Part shown: piece by piece, positions 12,001 through 23,200 of the stretch | Numbering within the stretch: position 1 is the stretch's first letter | Layout: every line of letters starts with the position of its first letter | DNA from: Paraspadella gotoi | Taxonomy: Eukaryota > Animalia > Chaetognatha | NCBI GenBank assembly: GCA_051294375.1 | Contig: CM119265.1 | Span: 6,767,489-6,831,488 of the forward strand | Length of the DNA: 64,000 nt | Direction of reading: 5' to 3' | The notes under the pieces: model-generated | What the model saw: the letters and a program-made list of their open reading frames with translations, nothing else | What the model was told of the DNA's origin: nothing | Database searches by the model: none | Position numbers and translations under genes: made by a program

Positions 12001-14713
12001 AGCGAGTCCGTCCTAGGGTAACCGCGCCAGTGACTGGAGGCGTCACTGAGGGTCGGAAGCCCCCAAAGCCAACAGTGAGATGCCCCATCCCAATGGGCAT
12101 CACAGGCAACCCGGCTGTTGCCATACTATCTTGCCCCTGACTTTGGACAGGCTTTAGTGGTTTAAGGCTTCCATCACTCTTACAAGAAAATGACATTTTA
12201 TATTTACAGATTTCTCGTCCCATCGCGTTTGATGCAATCATGCGTGTTCGCACAAGCTCTGGTATTCGGGCAACCGATTTCTGGGGCAGCTTCTTCATGT
12301 CCAATACGACGGACGTTGAATTCGGAGCCATCGATTGCGACAAGGCGGTCAGTTGTTTGAGTACTCCCTCATCAATTTTGAATGATATGTACGAAAGAAA
12401 TCACTTTTGGTTTATTGTAAATAGTTAAACTCAAATTTTGTTTTTTAAGAACGGATTCCTATAGAGCTTGAAAAGTTAAATGAAAGTTAGTATTACAATT
12501 TTTTATAATTTTAACAATAAATTGGTTAAAAATAGAAAAACCTTAAAAAATCATCATCATCATTGTCATTGACTGAATTTTATAGTTGTTTAAAATTTTT
12601 ATCAATAAAACAAAAAAATTTGTATTAATAACCTTTATCTAACTTTTAAAGCTTTTAAAAATTGAAAAATTAAAAAAAAATTTTTAACTTTATTTAATTT
12701 GAGAGAACTTCTAGTTTTCAACCTGTTCCGGCCTAATGGATTACGGTGTTACGTTAACCCTGGTTTATATTTGTTTATAAGACTATGGGTTTCTTATAGG
12801 TCAGCGTTGAAATTAAATACGACGACAAACTTCCTGAGGAAGGTGGCGCATACATCCAGGCGGCTCTTTTGTACACAAGCATCGGTGGGTTAAATCACTA
12901 TTTTAAAATAATGTTCGGTTTTTACTTTCCTTACTCGTATTTTTCAGAGAAAATTGTAAGCGATGTTGTACAAAATATTTACAGAGTTGTATTTGTAATG
13001 TGCTAAATCACTCAAAGACAAAAATATTGAAATAAGAAACGTAACCCGAGATGAAAGTGGGGTTATAACAAGGTTAAAAATAATAGTTCAAACCGAGAGA
13101 TAATTAGGTCACGTATCAATTTGGTGTTGTATAAGTCATGTCATGTATCAATCTGACCAGGGTCAACTGAAACGTCGTCGTAGTTATGATTGAGTTGGTA
13201 TTGTTGTCCCTATATCTTCCCAGCTTATATAAATTAAAATATCGGTACCCCTTGGAAGTTGTTTTTGGTCAGTCTGGTTCGAAAGAGCAAAATGATTTTT
13301 ATTTATCACAAGTTTCACCTGGCGAAAATAGAATTATAATATCCGAAATCTCTCTGAATTACTTTACTTTAGCTTTTTGAAATCTTCTACAGGAGGTCAG
13401 CGTCGGCTCAGAATACACAATCTGGCCCTCGAAACCTGCACTCAATTGGCCGACATCTACAGAAGCTGTGACACTGATACTTTGATTAATTGCTTTGCCA
13501 AGATGGCATTGTCTAGCGTCTTACAAAAACCTTTATCCAAGATAAGAGAAGAAGTTTCCGCTCAAGTTGCTCAAGTAATACCCTACGACATTTTCGTTAT
13601 TTTCAGTTCTTTTAAAATAATAAAAAGTTTTCTCTCAGATTTTGACCTGTTATAGAAAAAACTGCGCCCAACCATCATCACTTGGTCAGTTAATTCTTCC
13701 CGAATGCATGAAATTGCTTCCTGTTTATATAAATTGCCTCTTGAAAAGCGATGCTCTGGCTGGTAAGTAAAATCCTACACCCCACAATCCGTTAAATTTT
13801 TCAAACGTCCTCAAAATTTGCTTATTAATTTCGTAGGCGGTCAGGAGATTTCTGTGGATGACCGAAGTTGGTCAATGTTGACTTTACTGAGCATGACTGT
13901 CGACTCTTCTGTGCCTTTCTTTTATCCGACCGTTCTTCCCGTTCATGATTTGACAAATTTCGATGACGGGGAACCTATCGCTCTCAGGTTTCCACATTTT
14001 TTTTAAGTTCATACAACTTAAACGTTTTATATTCTTTCCGCTTAAGAAAAAAAAATCGAAGCTTTGAAACCATTTCTAGACTTTTTTTTCTATAACAGAG
14101 CATCGATTGATCGACTTGCCGATAACGGCGCTTATATTCTCGAAAACGGAATTTCAATTTTTTTGTATATTGGACTTCAAGTCGATCATAGCTGGATTAA
14201 GGACGTTTTTGGAGTCGATTCGTTGCAACAGGTTTTTGTCTTCCTCTTTTGTTTAATTTTTATATCTATCATTTAATCAATTGTATGACAGGTGGATGCG
14301 GAACGAAGTCAATTGCTGCTTCGGGAGAATGACAATTCAGAAAAACTTAACGGCTTAATACAAAGGATAAGAGAAAAAAGAGGTGAGGATTAGTTAAAAT
14401 TTATTCGTTTGGTAAAAAATAAAATTAAAATTAACTTGTCATTGAGTGATTGTTGAAAGAGATGCTTACTGACCGTCGTCGCGTCGGACGGTTATTTCAC
14501 AATGCGCATGTCTTCGTGGGGTCAATGATTTTATTAATTTTTAAATTCACAGGTCGTTTTATGCGATTGACCATCGTGCGACAGAGGGATCCTAAGCTCG
14601 AAGCTTGGTTTAGGCATTTCTTGGTGGAAGATAAAGGAACATACAATCAAGCACCTTCCTATGTCGACTACCTTTGCCAGATACACAGAGAAATTCGCCA
14701 GTTGTTAAGCTGA
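1..14713 (+). CDS. SEC24C: COPII cargo adaptor SEC24C/D, 5'-partial, 20 exons in window
   Basis: GT-AG exons in consistent phase: <1-53, 388-929, 996-1071, 1131-1239, 1306-1433, 3961-4142, 4212-4319, 6130-6276, 6350-6475, 6561-6624, 10476-10669, 10856-11011, 12210-12347, 12800-12884, 13393-13574, 13639-13762, 13837-13987, 14099-14231, 14292-14382, 14553-14713. Motifs: Pro-rich N-terminus, [31 protein letters not shown], zinc finger [20 protein letters not shown], trunk FMIDVS and [31 protein letters not shown]-terminal [19 protein letters not shown] versus D paralog cannot be resolved. Confidence 0.95.
1650..1918. repeat. A/T-only minisatellite, 16-bp unit ATAATTAAATTAATTA
   Basis: About 17 tandem units, directly visible. 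Confidence 0.95.
2204..2251 (-). ncRNA. Minimal type I hammerhead ribozyme motif
   Basis: Minus strand: AAAAACG-CUGAUGA-A-GACUCG-AAUG-CGAGUC-GAAA-C-AG-GUC^-CGUUUUU. Perfect 7-bp helix I, 6-bp helix II, full catalytic core, GUC cleavage triplet, very short helix III. Confidence 0.85.
2571..2618 (+). ncRNA. Minimal type I hammerhead ribozyme motif
   Basis: AAAAACG-CUGAUGA-A-GACUCG-AAUG-UGAUUC-GAAA-CAUGUC^-UGUUUUU. Palindromic ACAUGU helix III, one mismatch in helix II. Confidence 0.8.
4676..4740 (+). repeat. Degenerate TTAGGG-like tract
   Basis: GGGTTTAGGGGGGTTAGGGTTAAGGG..GGGTTAGGG. A complementary-strand counterpart lies at 48075-48170. Confidence 0.7.
5821..5956 (+). repeat. Short (~135 bp) dispersed repeat, family E
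   Basis: Nearly identical to 29597-29730 with the same boundaries. An inverted, LTR-interrupted copy is at ~11820-12195 and fragments are at ~20720, ~33906 and ~43526. Class unclear (SINE or LINE 3' end). Confidence 0.8.
6643..7183. mobile_element. Degenerate MITE
   Basis: AAAAAAAACGCGCCACTTTATAACA near 6643 and its inverse TGTTATAAATTGGCGCGTTTTTTTT near 7157. AT-rich interior, outer ends eroded. Confidence 0.6.
7700..8802 (-). pseudogene. Decayed coding-like sequence nested antisense in a SEC24 intron
   Basis: GC-richer blocks bounded by minus-strand acceptor-like sites (after 8803, 8570, 7887) and one donor (~7991). Reading frames are broken by stops. Identity unknown. Confidence 0.35.
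9182..10090. mobile_element. Non-autonomous TIR DNA transposon, TA TSD
   Basis: CCATGATGGAAAAAAAAATTATTGCGGTT at 9182 and its inverse AACCGCGATAATTTTTTTTCCATCATGG ending at 10090, with TA on both flanks. Confidence 0.8.
11078..11745. mobile_element. Penelope-like inverted-repeat remnant (second family)
   Basis: Inverted arms ~11078-11190 and ~11563-11740. The plus arm has GCG-CUGAGGA-A-GAUUUA-CAGA-UAAGUC-GAAACAUGUC (11667-11703). The minus arm keeps CUGAUGAAGACUU but lacks GAAAC. Confidence 0.65.
11873..12125 (+). mobile_element. Solo LTR, family A
   Basis: Homologous to 30230-30480, with exact TSD CTAT. It interrupts a repeat whose uninterrupted copies are at 5821-5956 and 29597-29730. Confidence 0.92.
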
Positions 14714-15256
14714 TTCCCTGAATATTGGAGTATTACGAAAACAATTTTATTCCGACTTATACATATACATCGGGCCGGGCAGACCAGTTTTCTTGATTAA
14801 CGCTGCGTTTCAAGTATCCGCTTTTCAATGTTTTATACTAACTATATTGTAGAATAGATTGTCTGCCGTCCTTAAAGAAAGTAAAAACTGATGAATATCA
14901 TTTAAAAGAAACTGTTAAAAAGTTAATTTTCGACCGATTTAGTTCCACAATTAAAACTATTCGTGTATATTGTTAAAAACTTTTTAATGTTTAGCATTTC
15001 TGAAGCTGATAATGATTAAAATTAATTTCAAATAAATAAGTTAATACTACTAAAAATAATAGTTATTGGTGTCATTGAATTAAGCTTAACAAATATTTCA
15101 ACTTATGACATCAGTCGAGTCTAGTCATTACCGTTACATCATCAGCTGATTCTGTAACTATTATTTCTATTTTTCCAGCGCCTATTGACTTGAAACTTTC
15201 ACTCGCAAAAGTAAAAAATTTTTAGATTTGCATTTACATTTATAATCATTAATAAA

Positions 15257-18200
15257 ATGAAGATCAAAGAGTTCCGCATTCTCTTGCCGTTTACAGTTGA
15301 AGAATACCAAGTTGCCCAACTGTATTCCGTAGCCGAAGCTTCGAAAGTATGTTTCTTTTTATGATTTAATACGTATTTAAAATTTCTCATTTATATCAGG
15401 ATTTCTCTTTTAAACTTTAGAAAGAGACCGGAGGAGGAGAGGGTGTTGAAGTGAGGCACAATCATTCGTTCTCAGATTATCCCCTCCTGGAAGACGCTTT
15501 CGACTCTGGTCAATATACATACAAAGTCTTTCGTTTGGATTCAAGAGTACCTAGATACGTTGAGTATCTGGCTCCGAAAGATAGTCTCACCATTTATGAA
15601 GAAGCCTGGAATGCTTATCCTTATTGCAGGTTTGCTTTTATATGTACAGTGTACACATATGAATTTTTTAGTTGCGCCGCGAGTACTCGAACAACTCTAT
15701 TAGTCACTTTTCGGTCGGTTGTCGGTCGGTCTGTCTCGTATTAAAAATGTTCAAACTCGCTTAGCTCGTTCATTTGTTAAAACGGGGGGAAACCTCAAAT
15801 TTCAGTGACTGCTAGGGCCGCCTTCAGGAAATTCTAAAACTATAAAGAATAAAAGACGGAATTCCCATATATTGGCTAAGAAAGATATTTTAGTTAATAC
15901 TTAGCAGACTGGTAAGACATTACTAAATGCTTTTTGTGCGTGTTTCTTATTTGTGTAATCACGTGACCCACGCTAAACTTGTTTCGAAATAAATGCGTCT
16001 TATTTATGTAATGTTTGAAATGATACTTTGCATAGTGATCCACCATAAGACATAAGATATAAAATTCCTAGTCATATGTGATCACAGGGAAATACAAGTG
16101 AAAAGAAAATCACTTCGGCGCAACACTTGGGTGATTCGATCATGTTTATCGGAAAACAAGTTTAAACAAACAACGTCCGATCTGCATACGATAATTAAGT
16201 GGTAATAAGCTAATCCGATTATTGACTTATGTTTTGATCTCTTTAGATCATAAATTAACTGACTTCTTTATAAATCTATAAAAAAATCAATTTCTCTATC
16301 AATCATTGCCAGTAGCTGCGCCAATACCAACTTGCATAATTTGGTCAACTGTAGTCGGGCATTTCACCCCGCCTAAAAGCATGACACCTTCAGGCGTGAC
16401 CCGGTGGCTCATTGAGTAAAGCCATCAGTTCATGACCACTAGGTACTGGGTTCAATCCCAACCCAGTACCTACCCTGCGGGAATTGTGGGGACGGCCGTA
16501 AGCCGCCTTGGGGGCGTGGAAAACCCTCAAGCCTGGTTCCAAGCCCAGGACCCGTTCCATGGCTGCTAGAGGGGGTTAAAGAAGCTGCGGATAGCACTCT
16601 TCAGCCCCACTTAACACTTTATCCACACAACTGGCATAATTTGGTCATTGACCAACTGGTCATTGGTTAACTTGCATAATATGGTCATTGACCAACTTGC
16701 ATAATTTGGTCAAATGGCATAATTTGGTCACTTAACCAAATCACTAAGCAACTGGAATAATTTGGTCAAATGGTCACTTGACCAAATTATGTCAGTTGAC
16801 AAAATTATGTCAGTTGACCGAATTATTCAACTGGCATAATTTGGTCAATCAAAAAGAGAGAGAGAGAGAAAGAAACTTTAAAAAATTCAAATAAATGTGA
16901 CTTTTGGTTTTCTATTTTAAACTTTTTTACTCCTACGATTCCATCAAAAATTAATATCCAGCTTAATCACATACTTTGCTACCCCTACGCAAAATTTCAT
17001 TTCAATTTATCTATCCAATTTTTAATAAATAAAATAAGTAAATGTGATTTTTGTTTTTTCCATTTAAACTCATTTCCACTCGCACGATTCCATCGAAACT
17101 TTAAATCCAGCTCCATCACACACTTTCCTACCCACACACAAAATTTCATTCCAATCCATCCATCCAATCACGAGTAATTGGAGTTTAATGCTAAAGGGCG
17201 ACGGACGGACATTTTTTTTTGCATAATTTATCAGAATTCGATGATCTGATATGACAAGATTTTGGGGTGGGACCGACGGACCGACAAAGTGAAATATTTC
17301 TGGCATATTACATTTTTAATATGGATTATATATGTTGTATTAATTCTTTCTTTTCGTTGCCTTTGAGTTTTAGATGAGAAAAACGAATTTCTTTAATCAA
17401 CAAAAATATTTATTTCTCATGAATTAATCCTTTTTCATATTTAATCACAACTTATGAAGACTTACTACAAAGTCGAAACATGTCCTGAATATTATTATTA
17501 ATAAACCATCGTTGTTGACAACATGAGAAATGAATATTTTTGACTAAGATTTCTTTTTGGTAACAGTTATATTTAAGTTTTTTTTTTTTTTTTTTAGGAC
17601 GGTCTACACTAATAAGTACATGGATGATAATTTTTTTATAAAAATTGAAACCTTACATTCTTCTGATCCCAACCTTCAAAATGCTCATAAACTTAATCAA
17701 AAACAACTTATCCAAAGAGAGGTACGTTAATGAAATGCTATTTGAGATTTACATTAAGGAAAAAAATTTCAATTCACTGTCATTCTTTAACATTGATAGC
17801 ATACTTATCCGAATTATTAATATTCAAAACGTAAGTTAGATAAACCAACTGAAAAGTAAGTTGCTCCACGAGTACTCGCGGCTAGGGCGAGGGCTGGTTT
17901 TATTTTGGTGTTTCTTAGTGTTGAATTATGAGGAAAACGCCCAAATTCAAAAGTGTTATGCCACCGTTCACGGCCGCATTTATGCTGACTCCGTCATGCT
18001 TTTCTTGGGGCCAGTAGTGCCAGTAACCATCGCTGCTAATTGATGTTTCGTTGTTTTATCTTCCCATTTTTGCTATGAATATAATAATATTTAATAGTAA
18101 CACCTAAATACATACTATTGTCAATACTTATCTACGTATGTATCTCTTACATCCAACTTTAATTACTATATTTTTAGGTGGTTAAAATTGATATAGCCAA

Positions 18201-19590
18201 TGACGAAGTCTCTTCTAATGACTATAGACCTGATGAAGATCCATCAAAATATAAGTCGGTAAAAACTGACAGAGGACCCTTAATTGGAAATTGGCAAGAT
18301 GATTGTAATCCCAAAATGTGCGCTTATAAGCTGGTCACGTGTGAATTCAAATGGTAAGTTAAATCTTCAAATTTGTCTGTAATTGTTACAAATCGCAGTC
18401 GCACTTATTACCATTATTACCAGCGTGATCAACATCGTTCTCTAACTGCTAATTCATCTTTTCCTTTTATTTGTAGTACTTCTTCGCGCATCTTTATATA
18501 CTTATATACTTATATATTGCTCTTTTCTTTTTCTTGGTCTCTCCTTTGTATGTTCAGTTCTTTTTTCTTTCGTTTTTTCTTACGTTCTTTCCCCTTTTCT
18601 CCGTTTTATTCTCGCTTTGTTTTTAGTTGCGCCGCGAGTACTCGCGGAGCAACTCTATAAGTCACTTGTCGGTCGGTCGGTATGTTTGTCCGTTGGTGTT
18701 TTATTTACGTTAAAAATGAATATAATTTGTTTATAGTTGGTTGCTCATTTGTTAAGATAGAAAAAACCTCAAATTTAAGGGTAAAGAGACAGCAATTATT
18801 GTTATGTGTCAGCGACAGAACCGTTCAACACAAGCAGTCCCCGAGCCTCGGACCATGCTGCAACACCGTGTGACAGGTGGGCCAAGCGCCCTGTCCTTCC
18901 TAACCGCCAGGCGATTACTGGGTTAGAACACTGGACCCTTGGGCCGGGAAGCAAACGACTTGCCTCCGGCACTAATGGCCGCCGATGAACGGTTGGTGGA
19001 CCCTAGTCCACCATAAGGGTAAGGGACTGCTAGCGCCGCCTGCAGTAAATCCTAAAACTATAAGGAATAAAAGACGGAATTTTGATGCAGTGCGTGTCTT
19101 AAAGACACGTGATAAGGCAGTCACTTCGGTGCAACACATTTGAATTCCCGTTCTTGTTATTTAAAATGAAAGTCAAACCTGATTTTTTGTCTATCCAGAT
19201 TTTTGTTTTCTTGCTATCATTTTTTTCTTTTGTAATTTTTATTCCCTTTTTTTTTTTTTTTTTTTTTTTATTAGGTGGGGTCTTCAAGAAAGTGTAGAGA
19301 ACTTCATTATGGACACAGAAAAACGGATCTTCACAAATTTTCATCGGTAAAAAAGAAAATATAGTAGGAATAAAATACTTGTTGTGGTGGTACCCCAAAA
19401 AACACCTCACTTCCGCTTTCATTCTTTTCTATATTTTAAAATTTATAGGCAAGTATTTTGCTGGATGGATAAATGGTACGGATTATCAATGGAAGATATT
19501 CGAGCCATAGAAGATAAAACTAAAGAGGAACTTGATGATCAAATTAAAAAAGGATCTATCCGAGGAACTAAAGGATGTAGTGAAAAATAA
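15257..19590 (+). CDS. PITPNA: Class I phosphatidylinositol transfer protein (PITPalpha/beta, vibrator-like), 6 exons
   Basis: Exons 15257-15346, 15421-15629, 17598-17721, 18178-18353, 19275-19346, 19449-19590. Translation includes [77 protein letters not shown] and [21 protein letters not shown], all hallmark PITP motifs. Confidence 0.95.
15665..16146 (+). mobile_element. Helentron/DINE-1-like non-autonomous element
   Basis: T-rich insertion site, 5' GTTGCGCCG..palindrome CGAGTACTCG, (GTCG)n microsatellite, 3' subterminal inverted repeat CGGCGCAAC and terminal ..TGTT. Other copies at 18621-19158, 24323-24548 and ~25720-26020. Confidence 0.7.
16350..16627 (+). mobile_element. Solo LTR, family D, containing a tRNA-like module
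   Basis: TGTAG...CCACA termini, exact TSD CAAC interrupting a GCATAATTTGGTCAACTG repeat array, imperfect 5' hairpin, A-box-like TGGCTCATTGAG at 16405 and B-box GGTTCAATCCC at 16449. Confidence 0.8.
16628..16848. repeat. Array of GCATAATTTGGTCA subrepeats in direct and inverted orientation
   Basis: About 9 copies, some inverted (TGACCAAATTATG). One more copy lies at 16334-16347, on the other side of the LTR D insertion. Confidence 0.85.
18621..19158 (+). mobile_element. Helentron/DINE-1-like element (hosts solo LTR B)
   Basis: Same termini and core as 15665-16146, interrupted at 18782-19015. Confidence 0.7.
18782..19015 (-). mobile_element. Solo LTR, family B
   Basis: Reverse-complement homolog of 53612-53845, with exact TSD AGGG, nested in a DINE-1-like element. 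Confidence 0.88.
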
Positions 19591-20283
19591 CATGAATTTA
19601 AAAGGCTTCAGCTATTTTTTATTTTAAACGTACATCAAAATGTGGCTGCGGAATGCAACATACCTTTTTTGTAAGGGTAACTTTAAAATCGCGCAAATTA
19701 ATTTTGAAAATGAAATTCAAAATAAGTGCAACTCTAATAGAATGCCTTGATTTTTTTAAAACTTTTGTTTATGCGGACATAATTTTCCGGTTTTTTCCTT
19801 TTATTTAATGCATATTTATTTATAGTAATATCTTTACTGCTTCAGTCCACTTTTAAGTTATGCGCTCTACAATATCTATTATCTACACGCACAAGAAAAA
19901 CAAATTCAATGAATGCAATATGCATGACTATTTAAAATATGCTAAAATCAAGCCCAAAACATGAGCTCATCTGTGATATTGAAACATGGCTTATGGCGAA
20001 ACGTATTTTGGATTTCGCATAACTGCGCCAAAAAATGCTCGTACAAGAAACAATGGATCAAGCGTTCATTATACCGAAAAATAGATCGTTGCTTCTCCGT
20101 TTGCGAGGTCAAATCTTCACGCATGGGCTAACTGTCTTTACAATATGGGAAACTTGCTTTCCCCTAAATTGTTAGGCATCGGAAAACCGTCTGCGACTGT
20201 TTCTGTCGGTAAATTGATACTTGAAATTTTTTTATTCTGAATTTCGGTATCGTCATAATCATAATCATGTGGTCCCCATAGAA

Positions 20284-23200
20284 ATGTCACCATCGTCGGG
20301 TCAAATTAAAGTGACAGAGGAGGAGATTGATAGATCTAATGTCCAACGATCAAACAATGCCGAAAAGAATTTCAGAGCGCCCAAAACTAACGGCGGCTCT
20401 CATAACTCTAGGTTAGTTTTCTGTCGGAAATGCTGACTTCTCGTGACTCGATTTTACCTGTGTCATTTAGACGACGAGGGTCACTAAAAACTAAAAATTA
20501 ATTTTATAGAGTAGAAGGTAAAGTAGCTATCCCCTTGTTAGGCGCGGTACCTCCTCACGAAGGGATCCCACTCGCATCATCGAGCCAACTCACATGTATT
20601 CAGAAATACCTCAATCCCAGCATCCTAACTCCTCGTTTGCCTCAAATAAGTAAGCTTATTAATTTTAATAATTATAATACGAATCAAGTTTTAAAAAAAA
20701 TATTTCCAAATAACTAATATGAAGTTGGTACAACCAATTTAACCATATATATTTATCCATATTTATTATTTAATTATGAATTCTACTAGTGCATGTGATG
20801 ACATTAAAGCTATTCGTATATAATTTTTATTTAATTGTTTAAAATATACTGTAATTTTTAATATATCATTCGTTAGATATATCATATGTTGATTTACGTT
20901 TGTTTACGTCTTTGCATTGTTTTCAGAATCAAAACGACGAAGTATACTCTGTGGAGTTTTCTTCCTAAGAATTTATTCGAGCAGTTTCATCGATTCGCCA
21001 ATTTGTATTTCCTTTTCATCGTGCTTTTAAACTGGGTCCCCGAAATTAATGCATTCGGAAAAGAGGTATTACTTACTAAAATGGAAGCTTTTTTAATGAA
21101 TGCGAAATACAATTTTTCGAAATGATCATAAATTTTGGGGTGGGTTGCATGGAATCCCACTTATCGCAACAGTATGCCCGATTTAACTTGTAATTATTTA
21201 AATCTACGAATCGTCGAATCTCTCGATCGCGAAAATAATGTTAATTGATAACTGCGGTGAGAGGCTGATTGGCGCTTCAAGTCGCCTGGGCTTGGCGCGG
21301 AATCGTTGCGGGGGCGTGGACCGACGTACTCCGTCATTTTTAGTTTCGTTTACATTTTCGAACGTATAATCAATCCAACAATCAAAAAATGTCTAGAAGG
21401 TTGCAAAGAATTGTAACAAGAATTGGGAGAAAAATTCAAGGCGTATATTACCAAAAAATAGTAAAAAGCAAAAACGATAAAAATAAACTATGTATTTACA
21501 TTCAAAAATTCAAGGCGTATATTACCAAAAAATAGTAAAAAGCAAAAACGATAAAAGTAAACTATGTATTTACATTGGCTGAAAAAGGTCAGCCATAACA
21601 AGATCATTCTTACTGACCACTGCGGCACAACGGGTCTCAAAGTATAAAGACTTCGTCGTCGTCGTCGTCTTTTTTCGATTCATTTTAGCTCCCAAACAAC
21701 TTTAATTCTTGTGCAATCACTGACTCGATAGCTTAAGTATCTACTACGTCAAAGGTTTTTTTTTTTACATTGATAAACAGGTAGCCATGCTTCCAGTTCT
21801 TTTCGTTTTGGGAGTGACGGCCATCAAGGACGCTTACGAAGATCGACGTCGCTATCTTTCAGACCGAAAGATAAATAGTCAGACCTGTAGAGTCTTTAGC
21901 GGAGGTGCCCGTGGAAGATATGTCAAGAAAACCTGGGAGACAGTTAGAGTAAGAAACATTAATTTTTTAAGTGATATTAATTATGTAAGAAAAAAAATTG
22001 TTTGACGTAAAATTTTCGATAAACGGTAATAAATTACATAAAGTTTTAGAATTTCAGGCTAAGAAAGATCTTCACCCCAATACCCCATCAATAAATGTTA
22101 ATTTTTCCTATCGATCATCCGTCCCACAGGTCGGAGATATTGTCCATCTTTCCTGCAATGAAATTATCCCTGCCGATATCGTTCTCTTAAATACCTCTGA
22201 CGACCAAGGTAAATAATGTTTGATCCTTGATAGTTAATTTCCTCCCCCCTACGTATTTTTGAAACTTTCTTCGCGTAAAGGCATTTGTTATGCGGAAACT
22301 TCCTCCCTCGACGGCGAGTCTAACTTGAAGCAGAGGAAAGTGGCGAAAGATTTGTTCTGCCAATTTAACGAATTCGATCCAGGAGAGTTTTTAAGCACCA
22401 TCGAATGCGATCGACCCAACAACCAGATTCACAAATTTAATGGTTCGTCTCGTCTTCTTTAGTAAGTAATATATTTTTTTCTAACTTTCCTCCGTTTTCT
22501 CCAGGGAGTTTGACGACACCTACGAGAGGCGGAGATTTAAAAGTTCCTCTTACGAAAGACACCATTGTTCTCCGCGGGTGCGTCATCCGAAATACGGATT
22601 ATGTGGAGGGAATCGTCGTCTATGCCGGTCACGAAACGAAGGTATGGGTTCCGATTCCTTAGCCGCTCAGAGGCCCTTGGCCCCTCCGGCTAAAAGTGAA
22701 ATAAAAATTCTGGCTCTTTTTTTTTTGCAGGTCATGTTGAATGACTCCGGTCCCCGATATAAGCAATCGAAACTAGAGAAACAAATGAACAGAGATGTGA
22801 TATTTTCCGTGGGCATCTTAGTCTTTTTGTGCTGCATCGGTTAGTTTTTTGCATTCAAGAATTCAGATTAAATATGTTGATGTTTGTTTATAATTAATCA
22901 GGTGCCATTGGATCCGGCGTGTGGAGTCATTTATTTGGCCACAGTTCCAACGGATCAGTACCGTTTATTCCGATTGTTGAAAAAGTATGTAGTATAATCT
23001 AAAAAACTATTTTTCGTTTTATATTTTATTCACCAGTTATTCAAAATTATTTTATTTCAGATTCAAGAAAATTCATTTTACCAAGGTTTCATTGCATTTT
23101 TGTCCTATGTCATTATTCTTCAAGTGCTTATTCCCATATCTCTTTACGTCTCCTTGGAGTTTGTCAAAATGTGCCAGATTTACTTCATCACTCAAGATTT

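Noticed and set aside
12704-12734. 31-bp sequence with an inverted match at ~53516-53546 as ends of a giant transposon
   Set aside because: The copies are 41 kb apart, enclose ordinary host genes and show no TSD. They are better explained as two fragments of a dispersed repeat.
16398-16470. Functional tRNA gene or stand-alone SINE
   Set aside because: Anticodon and acceptor stems do not pair properly, and the module sits inside a TG..CA unit with a 4-bp TSD, so it is part of an LTR.
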